A stretch of 64,000 bases of DNA from an uncultured Parabacteroides sp. (GTDB lineage Bacteria; Bacteroidota; Bacteroidia; Bacteroidales; Tannerellaceae): the NCBI GenBank assembly GCA_944325335.1, contig CALUZR010000012.1, positions 5,860 through 69,859 of the forward strand, read 5' to 3'. The position numbers and the translations under genes are program-made. This document shows positions 38,062 through 46,681 of the stretch, piece by piece; positions within the stretch are counted from its first letter, which is position 1, and every line of letters begins with the position of its first letter. The notes below the pieces were generated by a model, which saw only the letters and a list, made by a program, of their open reading frames with translations, made no database searches and had not been told where the DNA came from.

Positions 38062-38809
38062 GTTGATAGGACTGACGCACGTGACAGCCGGATACGAGCG
38101 CAAGACCGTCCTGCGGGACGTCTCGCTGACGGTCTACGAACGGGACTTCCTGGGCATTATCGGTCCGAACGGGGGCGGGAAGACCACCTTGCTGCGGGTC
38201 ATCTTGGGGCTGTTGGCGCCTCAAGCGGGCGAAGTCTGTCGGAAAGAAGGACTGAAAATAGGCTATTTGCCCCAGATGAGCCAGATCGACCGCCGCTTCC
38301 CGATATCGGTGTACGAAGTCATTGCCTCCGGGCTGGCCGCCGAGAAGCCTCGTTTCCGAGGATACAATGCCGCCCAACGGCAACGCATCGAGGAAGTCGC
38401 CCGCCAAATGGGGTTGGAGGAGCTGGTACATCGTTCGGTAGCGGAACTCTCTGGCGGCCAGTTGCAACGCGTGTTGTTGGGGCGTTCGATTGTCTCCCGT
38501 CCGGAAGTGCTGATATTGGACGAACCTAACTCGTATGTAGACAAGCGGTTCGAATCTAAATTCTATCAGTTGCTGGAGGAAATCAACCACGAAAGCGCGG
38601 TCGTATTGGTCTCGCACGATATAGGCACGGTCTTGTCGATGGTTAAGAACATCGCTTGCGTCAACGAGACGCTCCATTACCATGCCGGGACGGACATTGC
38701 CGCGGATTGGCTGGACCAGAACTACGCTTGTCCCATCGAATTGGTCGGGCATGGCAACCTGCCCCATCGCGTATTGAAGAATCATCCCTCCACACCGCAC
38801 GAACCATGA
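38054..38809 (+). CDS. znuC: Metal ABC transporter ATP-binding protein
   Basis: Start at MNKLIGL overlaps the znuA stop. Has Walker A (GPNGGGKTT), LSGGQ and Walker B (ILDEP). Confidence 0.9.
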   Translation: MNKLIGLTHVTAGYERKTVLRDVSLTVYERDFLGIIGPNGGGKTTLLRVILGLLAPQAGEVCRKEGLKIGYLPQMSQIDRRFPISVYEVIASGLAAEKPRFRGYNAAQRQRIEEVARQMGLEELVHRSVAELSGGQLQRVLLGRSIVSRPEVLILDEPNSYVDKRFESKFYQLLEEINHESAVVLVSHDIGTVLSMVKNIACVNETLHYHAGTDIAADWLDQNYACPIELVGHGNLPHRVLKNHPSTPHEP

Positions 38810-39018
38810 CCACGCCGCTTGTTTTCATCGGATTGCCCGAGGTGGGGTATATTGTCGGGATTGCCGTGATCTTGTTTGGATGCAAGGCGGTCTCGCAGAA
38901 CCCCTTCATCAGCAAGAAGCAGAAATTGCTATGGATGCTGACGATTGTCGTCCTCAACTGGGTCGGGTTGCTGTGGTATTATTACATCTATTATATAAGG
39001 AATAAAGAAGAAGAATGA
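38806..39018 (+). CDS. Small two-TM membrane protein (PLD-nuclease-N-like motif)
   Basis: 70 aa from MTTPLVF. ATGA overlap with the znuC stop and with the next gene. Carries the motif LLWMLTIVVLNWVGLLWYYYIY. Confidence 0.5.
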   Translation: MTTPLVFIGLPEVGYIVGIAVILFGCKAVSQNPFISKKQKLLWMLTIVVLNWVGLLWYYYIYYIRNKEEE

Positions 39019-40034
39019 ACACGGAAAAGAAGATATTGATTACAGGCGCCAGTGGTTTCATTGGCGGCTTTTTGGTAGACGAAGCCTTGAAACGGGGCTA
39101 CGAGGTGTGGGCAGGCGTACGGGCACATAGCAGCCGGGCGCATTTGCAAGACCCGCGTATCCATTTCATCGAGTTGGATTATAAGGAAGAGGCGGTGTTA
39201 GCGCGACAGTTGGCTGCGTTTCGCGAGGCGCATGGCAATTGGGATTATGTACTCCATAATGCCGGTCTGACCAAGACGCCCGACAAGCGCCAGTTCTTCG
39301 AAGTGAATGCTGAAAATACGCGCCGCTTCCTGGATGCGTTGGCTAAGGCATGTCCGCCCCGGAAGTTCCTATTGATAAGTAGTCTGAGCAGTTTCGGTAT
39401 GGGAGACGAAGCAAACTTCACGCCCATCCGCCTGACCGACGAGCCCCGTCCGAACACCGCCTATGGGAAGAGCAAGCTCCTGGCCGAGCAATATGTCCGT
39501 CGGCAAACCGCATTCCCTTACGTTATCTTGCGCCCGACGGGCGTGTATGGTCCGGGCGAGCGGGATTATTTCCTCGAAATCCAAAGCATCCAGGCGGGGT
39601 TTGATTTTACCGTAGGAATGACGCCGCAACGCATTACCTTCATCTATGTGAAGGACTTGGCGCGCGTCGCTCTCGATGCTTTAGAACAGGAGGAAATCCG
39701 CAACCGGGAATATTTCGTAGCGGATGGCGATGTGCATACCGACGCTTCGTTCGCCCGGCTTATCCAAGAGCTGTTGCCAAAGCGGCATGTGTGGCACGCC
39801 CGCATCCCGATGCCTTTGGTGCATATCGCCTGCATCATGTTGGAGCAGATCGGGAACTGGATGCACAAAAGCGTCACGCTCAATTCAGACAAGTATTATA
39901 TCTTGAAGCAGCGCAACTGGATATGCGACATCGCTCCGCTCCAGCGCGACCTTCACTTCCAAGCTGAATATGACCTACGCAAAGGACTGACGGAAACCCT
40001 TGCCTGGTATCGGGCGCAAGGTTGGCTCAAATAA
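39015..40034 (+). CDS. NAD-dependent epimerase/dehydratase family protein
   Basis: 339-aa ORF with a Rossmann motif (TGASGFIGG) and a Y...K catalytic pair (YGKSK). Confidence 0.88.
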   Translation: MNTEKKILITGASGFIGGFLVDEALKRGYEVWAGVRAHSSRAHLQDPRIHFIELDYKEEAVLARQLAAFREAHGNWDYVLHNAGLTKTPDKRQFFEVNAENTRRFLDALAKACPPRKFLLISSLSSFGMGDEANFTPIRLTDEPRPNTAYGKSKLLAEQYVRRQTAFPYVILRPTGVYGPGERDYFLEIQSIQAGFDFTVGMTPQRITFIYVKDLARVALDALEQEEIRNREYFVADGDVHTDASFARLIQELLPKRHVWHARIPMPLVHIACIMLEQIGNWMHKSVTLNSDKYYILKQRNWICDIAPLQRDLHFQAEYDLRKGLTETLAWYRAQGWLK

Positions 40035-40221
40035 GCGTTCCCCTCGCGCGCGTACATATATATTATATATAGGGAGAGGAAAGGCGTTTCCGGGCGTCGC
40101 CTTAATAGTTGAAGTGTTAAATTTGCGTAGCTTTAGGTATAAAAGAGGTGGGTTCAGAGAAAATTTTTACTTCGCAGTAATATTTTTTCGATTTCATGCT
40201 TGTTTTTAAGAAAAGAATACG

Positions 40222-40229
40222 TACATTTG
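40222..40229 (+). promoter_or_regulatory. -7 box for the second susC (implies a ~140-nt leader)
   Basis: TACATTTG. Confidence 0.35.
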
Positions 40230-40377
40230 TAGCGTTTCTAATGCGAATCGCGGTTATACCGATAGAGCCTTGAAGAAGACCCGGTCGGAAACAAAAAGCA
40301 CAAGTGGGCTAACCTGTTGATTCCGTTACAACAAGAAGAAAGTTAATTTTAAATATAAACACAATAAAGAATTATTT

Positions 40378-43300
40378 ATGCCAAACAAGACAACAAATTC
40401 CATTTGTTTGCTATTAGTGGCAGCTGCATTGAGCGTTACAGGTAACGTGTATGCAGAAATTGCCCCGGCAAACCCGAGTGCCCTCCGTGCTCAGCAGGAC
40501 GGTACAGTGACGGGTAACGTAGTGGATGCTTACGGTCCAGTCATCGGCGCATCCGTAATCATCAAAGGCACCACCACAGGTTGTATTACCGACATGGACG
40601 GTAACTTCACCTTGGAAGGCGTAAAGAACGGCGATGTAATCCAAATCTCGTACATTGGGTACAAGACGCAGGAAATCCCCTACACCGGCCAGCCGTCTCT
40701 CAACGTCACCATGGCGGAAGATTCCGAGCAACTTGAAGAGGTAGTCGTAACCGCCTTGGGTATCAAGAAAGACGCCAAGAAGTTGGGTTACGCCGTTAGT
40801 ACGATCTCTGCCGAAGATTTGAACAAGACCGGTAGCTCTTCGATTGCGACAGGCTTGTATGGTAAAGCAGCTGGTGTACGTATTAACTCGGCTCCCGGTG
40901 GTGGTACGGGGTCTATCTCTATCTCCGTGCGTGGTCTCTCTTCTATTACCGGTAACACGCAGCCGTTAATCATCATGGATGGTGTGCCCATCCGTAACGG
41001 TAACGCCAACAACAATGGTTATTGGGACAATCAGCGTGTCCAATCTAATGGTATGGTGGATATCAACCCGGAGGATATCGAAAACATCTCCATCTTGAAA
41101 GGTGCTGCCGCTTCGGCCCTCTACGGTTCGGAAGCTGCCAACGGTGTCGTCATGATTACCACGAAGAAGGGTAAAGCTGGTTCAGGTACCAAGATTGACT
41201 TCAGTGCCAACGTTTCTTTTGACAAAGTAGCGTACATGCCGGAAATCCAAAAACAATATGGTATGGGACTTGATAACTCATCTTTTACAAACGATGACCC
41301 CAAGGCATTGACAGGTTTTAGTAATACAACTTACTTCGACCGAAATGGCAATGCACTTTACACTCCTAACTCTGCAACTTATGATGGTTGGGGCGCTAAA
41401 TTTGATCCCAGCATAACAGTGACAGATTTCAATGGACTACAGCGTGCATGGGAGCCAATCGACCACAACCAATGGGCGGATATCTTCCGTACTGGTGTGA
41501 CGCAAACGTACAACCTTTCTATCACAAATGCCACAGAAAAGAATAATGTACGTTTCTCGTACACGTTCAACGACAACAAGCCGATGCAGTATAATTCGCG
41601 CAACAATAAGCACGTGTTCAGCTTGAACGGTACTTTCAATGTAACCGACAAGATCAAGTTGAATTACAACGCGAACTATACAACGCAGTACATTAAGAAC
41701 CGTCCGTATCGTATCAGTCGTTTGGTAACGAACTTTACCGGTATGTTCAATGGCTTTACGGATGTAGCATGGATTCGTGACCATACTATGACAAGTTTGG
41801 GTTACCTAAACTCAATAGCAGCTGTGAATGGTGGAACGCTTGATACCCTGACTCCAGACGAACAATTCCTTTATGATTCAGGTTCTTCAAGTATGATGAG
41901 TGAATATTTCTGGAATATCTTTGGTAAAGTACAGGAAGAAAATCACGAACGTTTCATTGGATCTGTCAACCCAACTTGGGATATCATTCCGGGCTTGACA
42001 TTGAGCGGACGTATCGCTACCGACTTGACCATCGATAAGATTGAAAATAAAAATAATGCGGAAAATGCACATATTTTCTCTACGAATGGACAATATAGCG
42101 ATTCTTACGGATTACAGAATAGCCGTTATTCGATTGTCTATGGCGATGTAATGTTGATGTTCGACAAGACCTTTGGTGAGAAACACAACGTAACCGCCAA
42201 TTTGGGTTGGAATGCGCGCCAGGAATCTTACTATTTGTCAAATGTTAGTACTTCACAAGGTTTGACACAGGAAAACTGGTTCCACTTGAATGCGTCTGTG
42301 GGTACGAAGAATGCCAGCATGACGAAACAGGAATTGCTCCGTACGGGTGCCTTCTTGACAGCCAGCTACGGCTACGACAGCTGGGGCTATGTAGAAGGAT
42401 CTATTCGTCAGGAAAAGACTTCTACCTTGAGCCATGGCAACAACGCTTTCTGGTACCCATCTGGTAGCTTAAGCGTATTATATACAGAGTTGTTGAAAGA
42501 CAAGAATCCGAGTTGGTGGAATTATGGTAAGATTCGTTTCTCGTATGGTGTCGTTGGTAATGCGCCGGAAATCTATTTGGCCAATATGGCATATGAGCAA
42601 AAATCATATACGCGCGGCGAAACCTTTGTTACAAACGGAGTACCGACTACCATTGGTAATGAAACCATCAAACCTGAAAAGAAATATGAATTTGAGTTAG
42701 GTATTGAAAATAAATTCTTGAACAACCGCTTGGGCATGGAGTTCAACTTCTATTCGAATACTATCAAAGACCAGATTCTGACAGCTACAGCAGCTACTAC
42801 GATGGGGGCTCAAGGCATGTTAATGAATGTCGGTGAGTTGGAAAACAAGGGTGTCGAATTAAATGTATATGGTACGCCGATTGAGACGAAAGACTGGCAT
42901 TGGGATTTACGTGCCAATGTAGCTTGGAACAAGAACCAAGTGAATAAGCTGGCTGACGGTTTGGATATGCTGAACCATACAAACGTAGACGGTGGTGCTG
43001 CCACGTTGGAATCTCATGTAGGACAACCAATGGGTGACTGGTATACTTATGTTTATGAAACCGACGAAAACGGTAACTATATTGTAGGTGAAAACGGATT
43101 GTATACTCGTTCCGCAGAGCGTCAAAAAGTAGGTAATGCTATGCCTAAAGTAACAGGTGGTTTTGGTACCAGCTTGAGTTATAAAAACTTGTCGTTGGAT
43201 GTGCAGTTTGATTTCCGCTTTGGTGGTGATGTGTTGAATACACCTTGGCAATATATGATGTCGGCAGGTAATATTGAAGATGCTGTAGGCGTTCGCGATG

Positions 43301-43830
43301 CAGAAACCGGAGGTATCTTTTATTATAGTACCACAGAAGACGTAACTGATAAGGCTTCTCTTCACCGCTTAACGGATGCTGAAATTGCTTCTTTAGGAAC
43401 TTATAAACGTGGAGAAACCATGTTGAATGGCCATTACGTATATGATAATGGTTTGATTCTGCCGGGTGTAAAAGCTGATGGAACGCCTAATGATATTATC
43501 GTAACGCAAGCCGAAGCAAATGCCCGTCAATATGGTTGGGGAACAGGCAATCCAGCAAGAACTTATATGGAAGCTGTACAAAAGAACAACTATATCAAGT
43601 GCCGTGAAATCAACTTGGGTTATACGTTACCTAAGGCATGGACCGAAAAGTTCGCTTGCAGCCGTTTGCAGGTTTCCGCATTTGTACGTAACCCGTTCTA
43701 TATATATCGTTCTTTGAAACTGTTCGATTCAGAAACATCGGATGGTACAAACTGGATCTACCAAGCACAGGTAGGTGGTTCTACGGCCAGTGCTCGTACG
43801 TTCGGTTTCTCACTTCGTGCAAGTTTCTAA
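40378..43830 (+). CDS. susC: SusC-type TonB-dependent receptor (no STN domain)
   Basis: 1150-aa ORF with a signal peptide, a carboxypeptidase-regulatory-like domain (GASVIIKGTTTGCITDMDGNF), a plug, and a terminal F. Confidence 0.92.
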   Translation: MPNKTTNSICLLLVAAALSVTGNVYAEIAPANPSALRAQQDGTVTGNVVDAYGPVIGASVIIKGTTTGCITDMDGNFTLEGVKNGDVIQISYIGYKTQEIPYTGQPSLNVTMAEDSEQLEEVVVTALGIKKDAKKLGYAVSTISAEDLNKTGSSSIATGLYGKAAGVRINSAPGGGTGSISISVRGLSSITGNTQPLIIMDGVPIRNGNANNNGYWDNQRVQSNGMVDINPEDIENISILKGAAASALYGSEAANGVVMITTKKGKAGSGTKIDFSANVSFDKVAYMPEIQKQYGMGLDNSSFTNDDPKALTGFSNTTYFDRNGNALYTPNSATYDGWGAKFDPSITVTDFNGLQRAWEPIDHNQWADIFRTGVTQTYNLSITNATEKNNVRFSYTFNDNKPMQYNSRNNKHVFSLNGTFNVTDKIKLNYNANYTTQYIKNRPYRISRLVTNFTGMFNGFTDVAWIRDHTMTSLGYLNSIAAVNGGTLDTLTPDEQFLYDSGSSSMMSEYFWNIFGKVQEENHERFIGSVNPTWDIIPGLTLSGRIATDLTIDKIENKNNAENAHIFSTNGQYSDSYGLQNSRYSIVYGDVMLMFDKTFGEKHNVTANLGWNARQESYYLSNVSTSQGLTQENWFHLNASVGTKNASMTKQELLRTGAFLTASYGYDSWGYVEGSIRQEKTSTLSHGNNAFWYPSGSLSVLYTELLKDKNPSWWNYGKIRFSYGVVGNAPEIYLANMAYEQKSYTRGETFVTNGVPTTIGNETIKPEKKYEFELGIENKFLNNRLGMEFNFYSNTIKDQILTATAATTMGAQGMLMNVGELENKGVELNVYGTPIETKDWHWDLRANVAWNKNQVNKLADGLDMLNHTNVDGGAATLESHVGQPMGDWYTYVYETDENGNYIVGENGLYTRSAERQKVGNAMPKVTGGFGTSLSYKNLSLDVQFDFRFGGDVLNTPWQYMMSAGNIEDAVGVRDAETGGIFYYSTTEDVTDKASLHRLTDAEIASLGTYKRGETMLNGHYVYDNGLILPGVKADGTPNDIIVTQAEANARQYGWGTGNPARTYMEAVQKNNYIKCREINLGYTLPKAWTEKFACSRLQVSAFVRNPFYIYRSLKLFDSETSDGTNWIYQAQVGGSTASARTFGFSLRASF

Positions 43831-43877
43831 ACGATTTAATTAGTTAGATTTAAAAAACAGATATAAATAAAGAAAGT

Positions 43878-45608
43878 ATGAAAAAGATACTATCATCGTT
43901 ATTGATCGGAGCAGCCCTTGTCTCTGGCATATCTTGTTCCGATTCGAGTTATGACGACAAATATATTGATCCTTCTAAGACGACAACGGTGGGTGTACCG
44001 CAAGTCTTCACGAAAGTGCTCTATCAAGCCAGAGAATGGACGGATTTAATGTATTACCGTTATTATGTACAGTGTGCATCTGAAGGTGTTTTTGCCGGAG
44101 TTGTAGGTGAGAGTAACGGTAATGGACGTTTCCAAGGCCCGGGTGTCAGCTATTATGACAGCCGATGGAAGAGTTTCTATTTGGTGGTAACAAACTTCCG
44201 TTTATTGGAAGAAACCTATAATAACTTGGACGATTTGGAAAAACCGGCCAATGAAGTATTCTACCATTTGGCACGTGTGGTAACCTATGCTCAGTTACAT
44301 GAAGTTCTTTCATTATGGGGAGATGTGCCTTTCAATGGAGCCGGTACGCTTTGGAAAGACGGAGACTATGACCGTGCGAAGCGTGAAAGTGTTTATGAAG
44401 ATGACGTAGAATTGTATCGCCAAATATTAAACGATTTGAAAGAAACGGGCGATTATTTGGCAAATGGTGTAGATGACGCCAGTCGTGTCTCTTTAGGACG
44501 TCAAGATTATACTGTGGCTGCTGGAGATACAGAAATGTGGCGTAAATATACAAATTCTTTGCGTTTACGCATTGCTTTACACTTGGCAACCAATGGAGAT
44601 TTAACATCAGAGGCTCGCGCGGCTATTGCTGAGATTTTGAACAATCCGGGTCAATATCCGCTTATCGAAAGCAACTCGGAAAACATGGGGGTAATGCCGT
44701 CAACGCAGCTTGATGATTTCAACTATGGCAAGTCTTTGTCGCAAGGATTACGTACTGGTTCTTATGCAGTAGGTTCGGCAACAATTCTTGATGTAATGAA
44801 TGTACCGGAAAACGGTATACCCGATGCCAATACCGACCCGCGTATTCAAGCGATGTATGACCCCAATCCCGATGGTGAATATGTTTCTTACGATATTACC
44901 TTGACCGATGCTCAAAATGCCAGCGTGGCAGAACAGAAGAATCAGGAATATGTAAGCAGAGGTATTACGACTGCCAATTATTGGTGCCAGATAGATACGC
45001 TTGCTATAGCTGGTTGGGCTGAATACCAAGGTAATGAAAACATCTTCTCTCTTTGGTTAAGTGCAGCTGAAGTAAGTCTTAGCAAAGCTGAAGCCTATTT
45101 GATGGGTTATGGCGTAACAGCAAATGAAAGTACTGCTAAGCAAAACTTTATTAATGGTGTAGTACAATCTTCTGAATATTTCTGGGATAATAAAAACACA
45201 ACCTCTCTTTACGAAGCAGGTAATGATAGTTATCGTGGTTATCGCGAACTTATCACACCTGAAACTGCCGACTTCCAAGCATACGCAGAAAGCATTTGGA
45301 ATCCTACTCAGGAAACTATCTGCGAACAGTTGTGGTTGAACTTCAGTTTCATGAACATGTTGGAGGCTTGGAATGTGACTCGTCGTACAGGTTATCCAAG
45401 AGTAACCTTCGCACGTGACTTCCAGAACCCGAATTATCCGACACCTCCTAATCGCCTTCCGTATGTGAATGATGAACTGGATTATAACAGTGATAACGTA
45501 CAACAGGCAATTGCTACAAACTGTGGTGGCGATAATGTGATAGGAGGCTATTATACACCTCTCTTCTGGGCTAAGAGTGATTATTATAATATAATTGATA
45601 TTCATTAA
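43878..45608 (+). CDS. susD: SusD-like nutrient-binding outer-membrane lipoprotein (SusD-like_2 type)
   Basis: 576-aa ORF with lipobox GISCS. Lies directly downstream of SusC. Confidence 0.88.
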   Translation: MKKILSSLLIGAALVSGISCSDSSYDDKYIDPSKTTTVGVPQVFTKVLYQAREWTDLMYYRYYVQCASEGVFAGVVGESNGNGRFQGPGVSYYDSRWKSFYLVVTNFRLLEETYNNLDDLEKPANEVFYHLARVVTYAQLHEVLSLWGDVPFNGAGTLWKDGDYDRAKRESVYEDDVELYRQILNDLKETGDYLANGVDDASRVSLGRQDYTVAAGDTEMWRKYTNSLRLRIALHLATNGDLTSEARAAIAEILNNPGQYPLIESNSENMGVMPSTQLDDFNYGKSLSQGLRTGSYAVGSATILDVMNVPENGIPDANTDPRIQAMYDPNPDGEYVSYDITLTDAQNASVAEQKNQEYVSRGITTANYWCQIDTLAIAGWAEYQGNENIFSLWLSAAEVSLSKAEAYLMGYGVTANESTAKQNFINGVVQSSEYFWDNKNTTSLYEAGNDSYRGYRELITPETADFQAYAESIWNPTQETICEQLWLNFSFMNMLEAWNVTRRTGYPRVTFARDFQNPNYPTPPNRLPYVNDELDYNSDNVQQAIATNCGGDNVIGGYYTPLFWAKSDYYNIIDIH

Positions 45609-45627
45609 TTAGCTATAGACTTTAAAA

Positions 45628-45649
45628 GCCGGGGGCGAAAGCCCTCGGC
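45628..45649 (+). other. GC-rich stem-loop with a GAAA tetraloop just after susD
   Basis: GCCGGGGGC-GAAA-GCCCTCGGC (9 bp including one G:U). No U-run follows. Confidence 0.55.
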
Positions 45650-45691
45650 ATATATAACAAAACAATCAACAAATCTTTAAACACGATAAAC

Positions 45692-45787
45692 ATGAAAAAG
45701 ACATTAACAATGGTAGCTTTAATAGCTGGGGCTATGTGCATGACAGGTAATACAGCTATGGCAACAGAAAATATAGAAATAATATGA
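45692..45787 (+). CDS. Possible 31-aa signal-peptide-like small ORF, or the remnant of a lost lipoprotein gene
   Basis: Manual translation gives MKKTLTMVALIAGAMCMTGNTAMATENIEII. Too short for the ORF track. No other support. Confidence 0.2.
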   Translation: MKKTLTMVALIAGAMCMTGNTAMATENIEII

Positions 45788-45883
45788 CATACATATATTA
45801 TATAAGTGTCTTGATTGACATCTATATAACCAACGGGGAAACCCGAAGCGATCTTTATTTCATAGAAAGGACAAGTGTAAGCG

Positions 45884-46099
45884 GGACGGTGAAACCGTCC
45901 AACCATGCTTAACCGCGGGTGACGCGTCAGCGTTACCTGCGGTAGTGGAATCCACCTCCATCCCGACCCCAAGGGGGTCGAACAGGGGGAACGAAGCAGT
46001 TCGACCCCTTCGAGGTCGAGGGGGATAGGGAGGCAGCCTCCCCGCAGGTAACGCTACGCGTCACCCGCGGTTAAGCATCGTTAGACGGCTTTGCCGTCT
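45884..46099. repeat. Long inverted repeat (arms of about 59 nt, spacer 99 nt), GC-rich
   Basis: The manual reverse complement of 46042-46099 matches 45884-45942. The inner 38 nt are perfect except for one 1-nt indel; the outer 21 nt have 6 mismatches. The spacer contains its own 10-bp stem (GGGGTCGAAC..GTTCGACCCC). Confidence 0.9.
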
Positions 46100-46193
46100 G
46101 GAGGCGAGCATCGCCTCGTTTCTACATTATCCAGATTCCTTATGTCGTCCTACGTATCCCGACTGCAGCGGAGGGATATCTCGACAAGCTCGA

Positions 46194-46341
46194 GATGACG
46201 TATGAGGTGTTCAGAGACCCTTCGACTTTGCTCAGGGTGACGTAGGAATAAAACAGGATGACGTAAGAGTAAAAACAGGGCAACGTTGAAGTAAAACAGT
46301 GACGTAAGTGTAAAGCTGGATGACGTAGATATAGAAACAAA
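46194..46341. repeat. 21-bp-phased array with a TGACGTA core (iteron-like)
   Basis: TGACGTA at 46196, 46238, 46259, 46300 and 46321, plus degenerate CAACGTT at about 46281. The unit is roughly GATGACGTAAGAGTAAAAACAG. Confidence 0.85.
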
Positions 46342-46593
46342 CGACAATAGAGACAACATACAACAAACAAAATAACAATAAATTGTTTCTAATCCCTGAT
46401 ATAGTGGATTCGACAGAAGAATGCTTACTTTGGCTGCAGGGATTGCACCCCGTAAGCTGTTATGAAATGTGTTTTTAGAGGGGGGCGGAATACGCATCCC
46501 GTCCCCTTCTTTTCCCAGCACGGCGGGGAAGCATTCTTTTGTGGGATTCCCTTTGTCTGAGGGAGGCTGCAGACGCCCTATAGGAAGGGTTTC

Positions 46594-46681
46594 GACACTT
46601 CTTATAGGTGTCGGTGACACTTCTTATAAGTGTCGGTGACACTTCTTATAGGTGTCCGAGACACTTCTTATAAGTGTCGAC
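46594..46681. repeat. Tandem array, 4 units of 22 bp, equivalent to 8 alternating heptad half-sites GACACTT / AAGTGTC
   Basis: Units at 46594, 46616, 46638 and 46660. Half-sites are separated alternately by 5 and 3 bp, so they recur about every 11 bp. Confidence 0.92.

Noticed and set aside
40055-40080. The short AT-alternating tract ACATATATATTATATATA, with a similar tract at 45793-45810.
   Set aside because: Low-complexity AT sequence. The similarity is too short to distinguish from chance.
40236-40377. The ~140-nt leader of the second susC as a riboswitch.
   Set aside because: No B12-box, TPP or other riboswitch core motif that I recognise, and only weak 4-5-bp stems.
46395-46560. Resemblance of GGATTCGACAGAAGAATGCTTAC to the tmRNA 5' end (GGAUUCGACGGG) and to the RNase P 3' P4 strand (ACAGAA..GGCUUA).
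   Set aside because: The universal partners are missing. There is no GGAAAGTCC-type P4 5' strand nearby, no tRNA-like 3' end with a T-arm and CCA context, and no tag-peptide reading frame. The matches are too short to mean anything.
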